Source: Epiperipatus broadwayi (Eukaryota; Animalia; Onychophora). Taken from it: a DNA stretch of 64,000 bases. The translations under genes were made by a program, and so were the position numbers. Shown piece by piece: positions 14,471 to 27,568 of the stretch. The DNA lies in assembly GCA_028023455.1 (NCBI GenBank), contig JAQFVV010000005.1, positions 22,444,001 through 22,508,000 of the forward strand, written 5' to 3'. Numbering within the stretch: position 1 is the stretch's first letter; each line of letters begins with the position of its first letter. The notes under the pieces are model-generated. The model was not told where the DNA came from. It ran no database searches and worked only from the letters and a program-made list of their open reading frames with translations.

Positions 14471-14904
14471 CCTGGAGCTTCACTTAGCAAATCACTATTC
14501 TTGTTCATATATACATGCATTACTCTGGGTGTTGTAGAATGTCCCTTTTGATTGGCCATCAGCTGTCCATATGCTGGTCCATATATAGAGTTCCCATATT
14601 TGATTCTTGTGATCAGATAACGCAGTTCACATTCCAATATCTGTTTTTAGCAATGAGTTTTCATTATCAGCAAATTTTGATCAGGAATTAATTTATATCT
14701 CTGCTAATACTAATTATTTATCAGTGTAGCTAATTTTTATAAATATAAGATTTACTCTTAATTAAAACTATTTAATTAATCTAAGTGCTTTTTTAAAATA
14801 ATGTGTATGCCTTTGGCATATAAACATGTACATTTACTTTTACAGATTATAATATCATTTTACTAAATACTGTTTATTTTATGTGCATATATGAATACAC
14901 ACAC

Positions 14905-16570
14905 ATACTTACCATACCTCCCCCAAGTTCAGAGATTTGCATTTTTACTTTTTTCCTATTCTCTGAACTTTAACATAATAACTAAGGTAGGAAGGATTTT
15001 TTTTTTCAAGGTTTGTAGTATTTTTGTTAGGGACTTCATTGCTGTTACAGTTTTTCAAAACATCTGCAACAATTCTTCTCTACTTTCATTTTTTCTACAA
15101 CTGTTTGATGTGTTTTTGTAACACTCTTCCATCCGCCATTTGAATGGTCACCACTTGCTTGGTTAAATGGCATACAATTTCAGCCTTTGTCCAAAATCTG
15201 TCGATTTTGTTTCTGATCCAAGCGCGTTCTCTAGGTACAAATTTGTAGTTTGTTACAAAAGATGCTTTATAATCTTCGGATGACCTACTTTCAGCAAGCT
15301 TGGTTCACAATCTGTGGGGGTGATTTCTTGACTTCTTTCCAGGACTCAATTTTGACTGGAGGTGCTTTCGCACATGTCTGACAGTTTGTACATTTTTCAA
15401 TAAACATTTCAATGTCCATATTTTTCTCCATAAATAATTTGATTCCCAGATGATTGAACGAATCATGGTGAATGTGGGCATTTATATGGGTGTGAACTAT
15501 GTATAATGGCAGTTTTAGTTTTTTACCAATGTTGAAAGTAATTGGGATCTTCATTACGGCTTTGATTTTAATGGCATTACCGTTGATGTCCCAAGCTTTA
15601 AGATTGATATGCATCAGCTTAAGTGTCTATCACATCTCAGCCACAATGGTTTTCCAATTGTTAACAGAAATTAAAGACATCCCGCTATTGTTGTCAATTT
15701 CCATGGATAGGGGTTTTCCATAAATTTTTACAGTAATTTCGAATTTTTGTGATTGGTCGGAAGACATTATTAATCACAGCAAATTGCTCTTGTGTAGGTT
15801 TTCTGGTAATTCACTCTTGGCTATTATTTCCCTTATATTGGTTGAATTTCTTGTTTTTACACCTTTTTTCAGTGTGGCCAACTTTATTGCAGTGCTTACA
15901 GTGTTTGTCTTTGTAAAAACACTCACAAGCTATGTGACCAAGTTTGCTACAACAAAAATACTTTATTCAACTTTTATTTCTGTCAATTATTCCCCTTTGT
16001 TCGGATATCCTTTTTTCAGGTTTGTCAACTTTGTGGATTTTTAATGGATTGTTGTCTGCTACTTTCAGGTCAGTAAAATTCTTTGGCTTGCTGTAAAACC
16101 AATTAGTAAGCTATTCCACATTTAATAGCATCTTTATAACTAAAATCTTTATCTGCCAGAAACTGCTGTCTTAGACTGTTACTACTCACATCACATAAGA
16201 ATTGTTTGAGGAGGGATTCCTCCAGGTATGAGTCATAAATGCAGTTTTTTTCCAAGTTCGCAAAGGACAGTATTATAATCCTTGCATTTTCTCATTATTG
16301 CCTTGTTGACGATTTCTAAAATGGAGTCTGGCAATGTGCTAGAGAAGGTTAAAATAGTTGGCCAAATGATCTTTGACTTGGTTAAACATTAACTCTTCAG
16401 GAATCTTGAGGTTTTCAAAGCCTATTTGCTATTTGGATAATCCCTTTTCCAGCAAAACATAATAATGTTGCTGTTTTACATTTATCTTTTACCATTCTGT
16501 TTGTAATTGTGAGTTTCTCTATCTGCTGGACATCCAGGGGTCATTCACTTGTCTCTCTGACATCAAATTC
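14905..16570 (-). mobile_element. Internally deleted Gypsy (K02A2.6/Mag-like) LTR retrotransposon remnant
   Basis: PBS-like TGATGTCAGA (16556-16565); gag with tandem CCHC knuckles YFCCSKLGHIACEC..CKHCNKVGHTEKRC (15859-15960); protease-like piece fused to integrase CxxC (ORF 15291-15614); integrase tail WIRNKIDRFWTKAEIV..DGRVLQKHIKQL; GGGGGAGG PPT near 14910; no RT/RNase H seen; LTR pair not resolved. Confidence 0.8.
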
Positions 16571-16770
16571 TGCTATAGCCAGCTGAGGCAATTTAGCAAA
16601 AAAAAAGATTTTTTTTTCTGTTATTAATTTGTCCACTCCACAAATTCAATTAGTTAAATGCTGACCTATTCAGCTATCAATGCACTAATTGTTCTCAACA
16701 GACAATTGTGCAATTTTCTGAGGATTTGGATCATTGAGGTTTCCAATCAAGAATCTGACTGTGTGAATTG

Positions 16771-17130
16771 CTGTGTCTAGCGGCACTCTATTGCCATCTG
16801 GATTGCAAACATGATCGAAGAAAGAAATACTAAGAATAATGTGAAATGGCACAGCAAATAATTTAAAGTTAACAAGAGTTTTATTTACAGAGGGTTAGGC
16901 ATCAAGATAATAAATTAGTAATTATATCCAGTATATATTATACACTCATTATATACATACTCTATAGACATAACATTATGGGCCTGAAGGCTTATAAAAG
17001 TAATAGTATAGATCAATGCAATCTGTTGTGAGTCCCTAATTTTACTTCCACGTGTCCAGAGATTAACTTCTCGACAAGGCTAAGGTGAAGTGGGGGTGAC
17101 TTGAACACTCGTTGAATGGTACATTGATTT
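16771..17130. repeat. Direct repeat copy 2 (partner 14136-14470)
   Basis: See partner copy. Confidence 0.75.
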
Positions 17131-17952
17131 GGTTCCACATAGGCTTTAGACCAGCAAGTTGTCTTGTCCACATTTGTGCAGGCTAATGAATACAAAAAGC
17201 TGTATCGGGCTTCATGAATCAAAACTCCAACATAGTGAACCTAGCAGCAGCTGCCTTTTTCTCTCTTGACTTCAGCTACCTCTGATTCATGGTAGTTATC
17301 TGTATAGTTCTTGAAACCAACTCTGCTACTCTGACAACTCTTCTCAAAATATTATTAGTCAAAACTATTCAAAAAAACTACTATTAACCAATTGCTTCTC
17401 AAAAAAATTTACTAGCCAAACTTACAAAAAAACTATTAGCCAAACTATTCTAATCTTTTTATCAAATCTTTTTATATGGTCAGCTGAGGTGACAAAAACA
17501 TTAAATTAAAAACTGCTTTTTATCTTTTTATCTTGATTAAAAACAATTTTAATCCTTTTGAATGCAATTTTGAAATTTTTATCAAAGTATGATATACAAT
17601 TATTTCTACATATATAGAAATTTACTAATTAATTAAAAAGATTTCAGAATAGATAATATAAATCTTTACAATTATCAGTTTAACATGCTTGTTTTTAATT
17701 TCAAAATCAGAATTCAATAAAAATATTTATTAGATCTTTTTAAATGATTAATTTATAATAAAATTTTATTTTAAATTCAAAATTATTTAATCTTTGATTA
17801 TTATTTTGTTGCCAATGAAATGTAGAAAAATATCCACAAAATTTTTGTCTGTTTTTATTTCTATTTTTCCTTTCAACATTATATATATTTGTGCACACAC
17901 ACTATGTTATTGTGTGCTTTGTAGCAGAAGTCTTACAATATATATATATATA

Positions 17953-18086
17953 TGTCCACAGATGGCGTTCTACCAAAAACACCTGAAAGTGGAATTATAG
18001 TTAGAGATAGTGAATACTGCTCTGACGTTTATGTAAACAAAACATGCGCTTGATCGGTGTTTTTGGTAGAACGCCATCTCTGGACA
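17953..18086. mobile_element. 134-bp MITE, Tc1/mariner-type by TA flanks
   Basis: 31-bp TIRs tgtccacagatggcgttctaccaaaaacacc / ggtgtttttggtagaacgccatctctggaca (1 mismatch), TA on both sides. Confidence 0.75.
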
Positions 18087-19150
18087 TAAATACAAGCGTT
18101 AGCAAGTTTTTTAACTTGCATTTTTGTTTTTCATATATATATATAGTAATGACAAAATGTACAACCCACATGAAAGTTCATCTAAGGGCAATCTGTGTGT
18201 ATGTTCTACATCCTGTTGTCACAGGATAAACAACATTTTCTTTTTAAACATGAGACTTATCACATTCTAATTAAATTATTGATTACAAAATAATAACAAA
18301 TGTTAAAGATAATGAGACACTACAATTTATTCCAAGTATATACATTTTTATAACACATATATGATAGCGTAAATTGACTACCCTGTCAATGTATAAACAA
18401 GTTAGTATGATTAGCTATTACTTTTCTGGATTCAGTAATTTAGTTTATGCACACATCATATACAGTATAATACATTCTTAATTGTTTCTGAACAGATATA
18501 AATTTGCTGCATAGACAATGATCATAATTATTATTACAGTTTTAAGATTTAATAAATGTAGAGTTTAAAGGATATGGGTGAATTCATTAACTATTTAAAG
18601 AACTGGACTGTTATAAATACTTTCAGCTTGTAATACAGATAATTAAATGCTATATGTGCCAATGTAAAACACAAAAAAACAACATCTGTCTTACATTATT
18701 TATGAATAAATAAATACATGTGAGCTAGGAATATGCTATACGATAGGAATTTTCAACTATCACATATTATTGTAAAGGTACTAAATGTAAGTGTGACCAG
18801 CAGTCACAAATGGTATCAACCAGGACATATACACAAAGTATATAATATATGGTAGGAATTTCTGTCTATCGTATAATGAATGTAAGAGGCTGGCAATTGT
18901 AATTGGCATTACAATAATTTATAAACAGGTAAAATACATATGAACGAATTTCAAATATAAACAAAATAGCCTGTAATAAAGTTACAGCAGATCACTTATA
19001 TCAATACACAAATTATCCTTCCCCAAAACTGAAAGATAGTTTGCTTAAAATTGTAAACTATTAAAAGATAATTAAAAAAAAACAATCTTAATTTATTCTG
19101 TCTAACTGTTTTATAGTTGCAGGAATTAGAAATAACTGGTTTTAAAATAC

Positions 19151-19387
19151 TAAACCACTAAGCATCACGTGATCACTATCTCTTATACTAGCTCATAATT
19201 GTTATTAAACAAGGCAAAACTCTCTATACAGTAGTGCCACCCTGTGCCAACTAAAGTAATCAATGGATGCCAGAATATTGGATGAGTAGGCACTAGATAG
19301 AGATTTTATGCACAAGCCTTCTGGAATCCATTGATTACTCTGGTTGGCACAGGGTAGCACTACTGTATGGAGAGTTTTGCCTTGTTT
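19151..19387. repeat. Family A foldback copy (hammerhead part absent)
   Basis: About 70-bp inverted arms 19207-19276 / 19319-19387 of the aaggcaaaactctccatacagtagtgccaccctgtgcc family. Confidence 0.8.
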
Positions 19388-20486
19388 TGGTTTTAATATA
19401 CAAAGTCTTGAAAAGCATAGCCTGAGATTATGCTAAAAAGCTAATCACTTTATATAACAATTTACTTTTCTCTTTTAGATTTATGCTGACTGTATTGCGG
19501 TAATTTTAAAAATAAAATAGCAATTTCTTATCATACTAGTTATAAACAGATTCACAAAATTGATAAATAATAAGTTATAAAATAATTTTCATTATAATGG
19601 AGATAAATATGTAATGTTAGTACCAGACATTTATAATCAGATATTTTTAACGTTCATACTCATTGCCTTCCATCACTAAGAGTTTGAGTTTGAATTTCAG
19701 ACATTGGTATATTTTTAGCAGATTTCAGTTGTTTAACCATATCTATGGTCGCAATAGGCTTTAATCATATTGTTCTGGCAGCATTGGATGATAGTTTATT
19801 TGTTGATTGAAGGCTGGTGTTTCCCGATGGCAATGGACACTTGAAGTTTCGGCATATAATGGACACAACGTTGTTTCTACATTAATTGACCATGCCTTTT
19901 TGTACTTCTCTATGGATCTTCAGCCTGCATTCTGCTGATGGCAAGAGTGAAGCAGATTATGGCTTCTCTATCATGGTTTTTTCAAACACCAGGCACAATA
20001 AGTATTGCTAATATTTTATTGGATATCATTGAAATAAACCAATAAATAAACATTTGATCATTGGAAATGATACTATTTTTCATTGCTTTCTGTAAATAAA
20101 TAAATCTGGCATGTTTAAGTTCAAAAATAATAGTTTGAGATTTCGAACTGAATTTTTCCTCTTGAGTTTATCATTCCAGTCCTGTGCTAAATTGCATGGG
20201 ACAATTAATTTTCACCTTAATTCTTGTAAGATTTTTTGGCTCAAAATATTTTTAATAAAACTTTTTCTAATTTTTTGTGACCTGAAGTTTTTTTTTCTGA
20301 ATGAATACCATGTGATGTAAAATTAATTTGCATGATATAGAATGACCAACTCTTTATCTTAAAAGTCCATGAATCCTGGCTCTATTCTGTCAATTCTAGA
20401 GCTCAAAGTTCCTATGAAATCCTAAATAATGAACCATTTTATTATTTTGTGTTTTTCTGAAGGTTTGTGATGATGGTGTTCTAGCT

Positions 20487-21104
20487 GTATTTTTATATTG
20501 GACTATTTCCATCATCTAATATGTGTGTTGAATGTCTTTAGAAAAGTTTAATTTTATTTAAATATTCCAAATGCATTCAACTGTTAGTAATATCACAGCC
20601 AACAGGTTAGGTATATGCACAACATTTTGAAAAGTATTTTTCTTCCCTCTTCTTCAGGTGTTGCTGGCCTGACCAGTGACAGTACTAGCATGGGATTCGA
20701 ACCTGTGTCCTTAGATTCTTGATTATTGAATTTTAAGGTAAAATTTTAAGGTAACGCTTACCTTAAAATTCAATAATCAAGAATCTAAGGACCCAGGTTC
20801 GAATCCCATGCTAGTACTGTCACTGGTCAGGCCAGCAACACCTGAAGAAGAGGGAAGAAAAATGCTTCTCAAAACGTTGTGCATATACTAACCTGTTTGT
20901 TGTGATATTACTAACAGTTGTTTGTTGTGATATTACTAACAGTTGGTGCATATACTAACCTGTTTGATGTGATATTACTAACATTTGTTTGCTGTGATAT
21001 TACTAACAGTTGAATGCATTTGGAATATTTAACTAAAATTAAACTTTTCTAAAGACATTCAACACATATATTAGATGATGGAAATAGTCCAATATAAAAA
21101 TACA
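20487..21104. mobile_element. Family C foldback element with Pol III B-box and degenerate hammerhead in each arm
   Basis: Arms 20487-20740 / 20758-21104; GGTTCGAATCCC at 20796-20807; right arm carries four 25-bp repeats; diverged partial copy at about 33570-33660. Confidence 0.8.
20839..20881 (+). ncRNA. Degenerate minimal hammerhead (G12 to A)
   Basis: CAC-CUGAAGA-A-GAG..CUC-AAAAC-GUU-GUG: helix I CAC/GUG, palindromic ACGU helix III, but GAAA changed to AAAA. Confidence 0.5.
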
Positions 21105-22002
21105 ATTTGATTATTTGTTTTAAATCATGTTCATCTGGAAGTATTGATTTTATTTCCATTGATTTATTTATTGCCTCTCCCTTGCTGAAGAAAGATAGAT
21201 GTCACTACTGTGTCATGTGCAAAAAGATAATAAAATTGTGGAAAATGAATAGTTTGAGGTTTTGTGAAAATTTAAAATTATATAAAGTATGAAAATGCTA
21301 TCATAATGCTAGAGAAGACTTGTTATTTGTGAAAGGGCATAAATTTCAGATATGATGGAAAGAAGTTAAAAATACAATAAAGATTTAAACTATATGTGCA
21401 GATTGGATGTAGATATGAGAGCTGAACATATTTTTGGAGTGAAGGATGTTAAAAGAGGATCAGAATATCAAAAGTGGAAAAACTTAAAGATAAAGGATTG
21501 AAAGGGATATTTTATAATTTTTTTTTTAGATCTTTATAACAATATTGGAGGATGTGAGAATAAGATAGAAGAATTGATGAAACAGTTTTTGGGTTTTTGT
21601 TTTTACAAAATAGGGATAGAAGAAAAAGCAAGTAAATCAGGGCAGGAAAAATTATTGGAATTAGAAGTAGATGAGTTTATACAATAACTTTAGAAGGAGG
21701 GAATGTTTAATTTGACTAACGGGATTTCTGGGCATTTTGCATATATACAGAAATGTTTTGTTTCATTTATAAGGCATTTTGCATCATATCATTATATCAT
21801 TGATTCATACAGAATTCAACTTTCCTTCTGCTTTTCTCTAATATGTCAAAATTTTAGGCATGCCGAGAATTGGCATTTTGTGTTCTGTGCTTTGTTAAGT
21901 AAATTGCAACTTATCTTTCGAAAATATTTGATCAAGCAATATCTTTTTTCCATACTTTTAATAAAGGATATGTGTTTTAATGTTATTTCTTTTTTTTTTT
22001 AG

Positions 22003-22131
22003 CTCATGCAATAACCTGTGACGAAGATAGTTGTCCTGATCCTAATTCCCATTGTATAGTGACTGGAAACAAAATTGAATGCCAATGCGTGCCTGGCTAC
22101 TCCAGACAGCTGAATACAGTTCTTTGTGCAA
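22003..22131 (+). CDS. E4: EGF module HAITCDEDSCPDPNSHCIVTGNKIECQCVPGYSRQLNTVLCA
   Basis: Poly-T plus ag acceptor, gtgagt donor, 129 nt, phase 1-1, six Cys. Confidence 0.92.
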
Positions 22132-22494
22132 GTGAGTAGTTAGCCATTCTTCATTTTATTAAACAGGTACATTAGAAATAGGTCCACCATTAAACCAATG
22201 TAAGAGCTTATTTAATTAAAAATAAATTAAAAGTATTTACTTATAATAGCCTTAGTGCTAATATTTTTTAATTCATAATTTGATAAAATGTATATTGAAT
22301 TTCATTTCATACTGTAACTTTTTTAAAAAAAACATTTTATGTATATAAAATTAACTTAAAATTTACGCTTAAAACCAAAAAATTATGGTGTTACAAGTTA
22401 ATATATATTTAAAGTTTACATCAAAAGTTATAAATAACTACCATGAAATAGTACTATGTTTTGTACAATTAGTATATTAGTATAAGAATTCATT

Positions 22495-22630
22495 AAACAT
22501 TACATGATCACCCTCTCTTATACTAGCACATAATTGTTATTAAACAAGGCAAAAATCTCTCCATACAGTAGATTACTCTGTTTGGCACAGGGTGGCACTA
22601 CTGTATGGAGAGAGTTTTGCCTTGTTTAAT
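22495..22630. repeat. Family A short foldback copy
   Basis: Arms 22539-22571 / 22599-22630. Confidence 0.75.
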
Positions 22631-23629
22631 GAGAATTCATGTTATAACAACAATCTATAGAAATAAAAATACTATAGATCATAGCACTGGTTCTGTCTTA
22701 AATATCAGATATTTCTATGAAATTTCAAGTTCATTTTTAAGTTGCAGAGGGAATCTCTGTAGCCTAATGAATATGCGACACTTGTATATTTGAATGCAGT
22801 TTTAATAAATTTTGAAACATTTGCAATAATTTTACACAGACTTAAGGCCATATGTTTTGATAAGTAAGGCAAAAAAGATATTAGCTTAAGTATATAATTT
22901 ATGAATTAAACTCATCAAGTGTGAAATAAATCTTCAAATCCTTGCCTTAATTTAGATTTTTTTACAATCAAAATAAATAAGATGCATACAGAGGGTATTC
23001 CAAATGTTTTTAGACCACAACCAAGTAGTTACTGAAGGTAATTTGAATACACCAAGAAAGAAATTAACAGCTATAATCATGCTAGAAATATCAATGAGTA
23101 TTATTAAGTCATTGTGAATTGTTCATAAGATGATAAAATTGTAGATGGCACTGAGTTGGTTAAGTCATTGCAAGTTTAATGTAATGCATGCAGTATGAAA
23201 GAAACACACTGAATGTATAGATGGCAGTGGTAGTTGGCCCATAAGTGCTGCGATGCTGCTACCAGAAAAAATACGAAAAATTAATTATTAAATTTGTGCT
23301 TGAAAATATCAATAATATAACAATCATACAATATTTTGCATAAACATTATATAAATACAACTAATTAAATCATTTTTAAAAAGAATTATTTTAAGCAATG
23401 TTTGGTTTTCTATTCAAAGATGCTGCTAATTATAACAGTGTCAGAAATGTTATATTTGGTTAATTTCCATTAGTCCCCCAGAGATTCATTTGTTCTTCTC
23501 AAGGTGCGAAACTGGCAACATTGTAGCTATTCATTGTGGCAGCATCAATAGTTATTTGATTATAGTATGTTTTATTTATTCTGGTTTTGCATCAGAGTGA
23601 ATAAATTGTCAATGTTTTTATTTAGAATA

Positions 23630-24625
23630 AGCAATAAACGAAACAAAGAAAAGAAAGGGACTGATAAAGAAATTTACACTTTTCATATAATAAATATGAT
23701 GTAGCAAGAATTGTATGGTTAACTTATGGTAACGATGTGTTATGTGTTAGTAAAAGGATATTAGATTACTTAGAAAAAGTACCAGGAGAAATAAGAAGAC
23801 ATGCATTAGATGCAGATATGTGGACAGCAAAAGGAGCAATACAAGGAGAAATAGGATGGTCAAGTTTTTATATAAGAAATGCAAAAAGCAAAATGAAAAT
23901 GTTTGGTAGATTGCAATTTATGGATAATAAGAGAATAGCCAAAATAGTATTTAATTGAATTATGAGTAAAGGATAGGCAACAAGATGTGCAAGAAAGGTA
24001 GTATGGTATGCAGAAGATTTGGACAAACACTTTATGTCAATATACTTATACAAAAAGTGGGATGATTGTGTTAAGAGAATTGTTAAGGGTTATAGTGGCA
24101 AAGAATGGGATAGAAAAATAGATGCATTAATAAAAAGTAGGGAGTTGCAGAGATGAAGAACTAGTATGGAGAATAAAAAGTGTTTAAATATATATAGAAG
24201 TAAATCATTAGCAAAAGAGAATATACCCATAAATAGAGAAATGTGGGTGATTTAGTCTGCAAGTTATGTAAAACAAGGAAAATATTAGGCATCTGTTAAT
24301 TTAATGTAAATACTTACAAGCAGAAAGGGTTCAAATAATGAAGATGTGGGAGAATAAATATAAACAAAGTGATTGTACCGAAATTTGGATCTTGGTTTTT
24401 ATACTGGATTTGGAAAAAAAGTAAGGGGAAATCTAGATTAAAGGCCATAGAGTGGACAAAGATGATGTTGTGGATATGGGATGGATAGAGAAGAATATGG
24501 GAGAAACTTAGGATGGGGAATGGAAAGGGAAGGGAAGGTGGCTAACGGGTTTCTTTGAACATAGTGGCTGAAAGATTCCCGACTCCAATAAAAAAGAAGC
24601 CATAATGGATTGCATTGTATTAATC
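23630..24625 (+). mobile_element. 5'-truncated LINE, 3' part
   Basis: Colinear with 53080-54120; EYDVAR..LTYGNDVLCV, GWSSFYIRNAKSKMKMFGRL; CKLC zinc-finger start near 24258. Confidence 0.8.
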
Positions 24626-24779
24626 AGTGTTTGCATGCAGTGAGAGAATATACATAGACTGAAGGAGGTATCATGCAATGTTTATAATGTAAATATTGAC
24701 TAATGTGTTTTTAAAATTATTATTAAATTTTATAATAACATTTTCTATTGTTAAATAAAAAATTATATTTTAATTTTAG

Positions 24780-24863
24780 GACAAATCGAATTAACAACAC
24801 GACCACCCATCGCCCCTGGATCGACTCCTTCTCTGACACCTATTACACAGCCTCCGACTTCAG
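24780..24863 (+). CDS. E5: Pro/Thr/Ser linker QIELTTRPPIAPGSTPSLTPITQPPTS
   Basis: ttttag acceptor, gttagt donor, 84 nt, phase 1-1, GC-richer than flanks. Confidence 0.88.
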
Positions 24864-25640
24864 GTTAGTAGTTGATTTTTATTAATAGATTATCCACAAA
24901 TCGCCCTATGATTATTTATGTTTATAATCCTGTTTTGTTTGTTTGTTTTGTCTTTTTTTGCACTTACACCTTTTGATGATGATAAAGAAATAGGTAGTCA
25001 CTCCTGAAGATCATGTGATTTATGAATTGCAAATTGACCTTTGACCCTGTTCTTGAGTCTGATAGTTGCTAAACACAGAGCATATCTTTGGCTTAGCAGC
25101 ATCTACACAATCAACTAGATATATAATGGCCTTTAATTCCTCCTCTCACACTTTTATTTTAAATTATATATAAAAGCTCCAATAGAGTTTTTAATTCCCA
25201 GTAACTAAAAGAGTTTGTTATAAAATATATATATATAATTTTCTTTCAACCATCAGAAAATTGTATATATTTAGTTATGATATTTTTTTTTTCGCAGTTG
25301 CAGAAAACTTAATCAAAATTTAACTATATGGCTATATGCTCTTTTTATCTTATAGCATCAATGAAAATAATTGAATGTGTTTTTTTATAATTGCAAATTA
25401 TTATTTTTAATTGCAAAAGTGGGACATACAGTCAAGAACTTAAAAGTCCTTATAAAATAATATAAACTAAAATTTTCATTATTAATAAATAAAGTGTTGG
25501 ACATAAATGATTTGTTTCCTATGAAAAAAAAAATCAATTTTATATAATATAAATATTTGTTGCTTTTTTAAAAATATATATATAATCATGATTTAATTTT
25601 TTAGATGTTTAACTATTTAATAATTAAATGATATTTTTAG

Positions 25641-25754
25641 GTGATGTCTGTCTTTTGAAACGTTGTGGCCGGAGAGCTCACTGCGTTGCTAGATTGCAGA
25701 TTGCTGATTGTATTTGTGATGACGGATTTACTGGAAATCCAGAGATTGAATGCT
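25641..25754 (+). CDS. E6: EGF module DVCLLKRCGRRAHCVARLQIADCICDDGFTGNPEIEC
   Basis: tttttag acceptor, gtaagt donor, 114 nt, phase 1-1, six Cys, GFTGNP motif. Confidence 0.92.
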
Positions 25755-27529
25755 GTAAGTAGTACTTAAAAAAGTAAACAAATGATTTATGACTTAGAAG
25801 TTTAGTTTATAATAAGTTTGAGCACTGGAAGATAAGAGATGAAGGCGCTTTGAGCCGTAGAGTCTTCCACTTTTCTACTACATTAGTTTATATATTTCAG
25901 TTATAATAGGTTTGTGTGTGTGTAAATATCAAAACATCACATACATTTATTAGCTTATTTTCTTTTATTATACCGATGTTTCTTCTATTTTCACCTGGCA
26001 TTTATGAAATGTATGTAGATAGTAGAGTAATGGCTATTATGCTTAATTTAAATTTATATATATTTTAGAAACCTATTTATTAGTGGTGATTTTCATATTA
26101 ATCAAACCAACTTACAGTTTTAAAAATTACTTTAGATGAAATTCTAATGTGTTTTAATGACATTGTAAATAATTTTACAGCTTAATAAAACAAACGCTAG
26201 GACAAAAACTATTTATTTTAGCTACCTCTGTTCTGTTCTGACTATCCAAGCAAATTAGTGCTATATTCTCTGGAAACATTTAACACAAGTAAAACTTAAC
26301 AAAAGTTTATTCATTTCATATCAAAATAATATTTATAAACAGATGGAAACTAAGGTGTTAATTTTTTCAGAGAAGAGAATCTTTATTTGTAAAATTATTG
26401 GTTTATCTTCCATTGATGTGTGTGTGTGCACATAAGCTTTGCAATAGTTCATTTAAGATTCACGCTTTCAGATCTAAATACTTTAGACTGGCTTGGATAT
26501 ATAGAAAGACAAGTAAAGAAGAGGGTGGACTACCCTTTTCTTGTTAAATTCTCTGTCTTGTATTTGCGATCTGATTGGCTGTTAGATAGTAATGAGCACA
26601 AGAGGTTTGCAGTCTCTCAATTTAATTTCAATACTGTTTGTGCTTTATAAAATAAATATTATTTACACTTGATTAGATTATATGTAGTTTATGTATCGGT
26701 CTAGTTTCTGCATATATTTAAATAATTTAGTATACATTTAATAAAGTTCAACACAGGCTTGCAATATGTAAATTCTCTAAAGGGATAATTTATTCATATA
26801 TTGTGCAGTGGTAATTTTAATAAATATCTTTATTAACAATCAACTAAATATTCATGTATGCATATATCCATACATGTTATGTTATATTATCACAACAGTT
26901 CAATATGCTTAACTTCAAAACCATAAGATTTTTATTAAATTTCCAGACTATTAGCTTGATAGTTAAAAAACAGTGTTGAAAACAATTGCTATATACATAA
27001 CTGCATTAATTATAACTTTGAATACTAAGTCTTTATTACTGAGGGCAAAAGTCAGAAACTGATCTGAAAATTGGTATAAAATTGCACTACTATTTGATAA
27101 TCACAATTTCTTAAACTTATAATAGAGAGAAGAGATTGCATGTTTGTATTGTAATAAGTTGAAAAAATTAAGTGATGTTGCATTAGTAGCATTTATGTTT
27201 ATATTTAATTTATTTATCTATCTGTATAGAGGAAATTAAAAATGAAGTGCAAGACAGAGATATTAGTCTGTAGTGGACAGATTGCAGTAATCAATAATGT
27301 TGACAGACAACTGTGATTGTACAAAATAGCAATGAGGAAATGATTAATTTATGGACTTATTTAATATAAAGGGAGGGATATTACAGTTTAATATATTGCT
27401 GATAATTGTCTAGGATAATGATCGTTTGCTATATTAAATAAAATACAGCAGTTTATATGCTCCAATACTAACACATTCTTCTATCCACTTTACACATTAA
27501 AAGTACAAGATTTTCAAATTTCCAAAAAT

Positions 27530-27568
27530 AGCTGACAGTTTTAACATCCAATAGACTTCTTCAGAGCT
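27530..27568 (-). ncRNA. Degenerate minimal hammerhead motif
   Basis: Minus strand AGCU-CUGAAGA-A-GUCUAUUGGAUGUU-AAAAC-U-GUC-AGCU: 4-bp helix I and GUC kept, GAAA mutated. Confidence 0.45.

Noticed and set aside
24987-25020. CCTGAAGATCATG.. and similar lone CTGANGA hits (4873, 6900)
   Set aside because: No GAAA box or paired helix II downstream, so they are not counted as hammerheads
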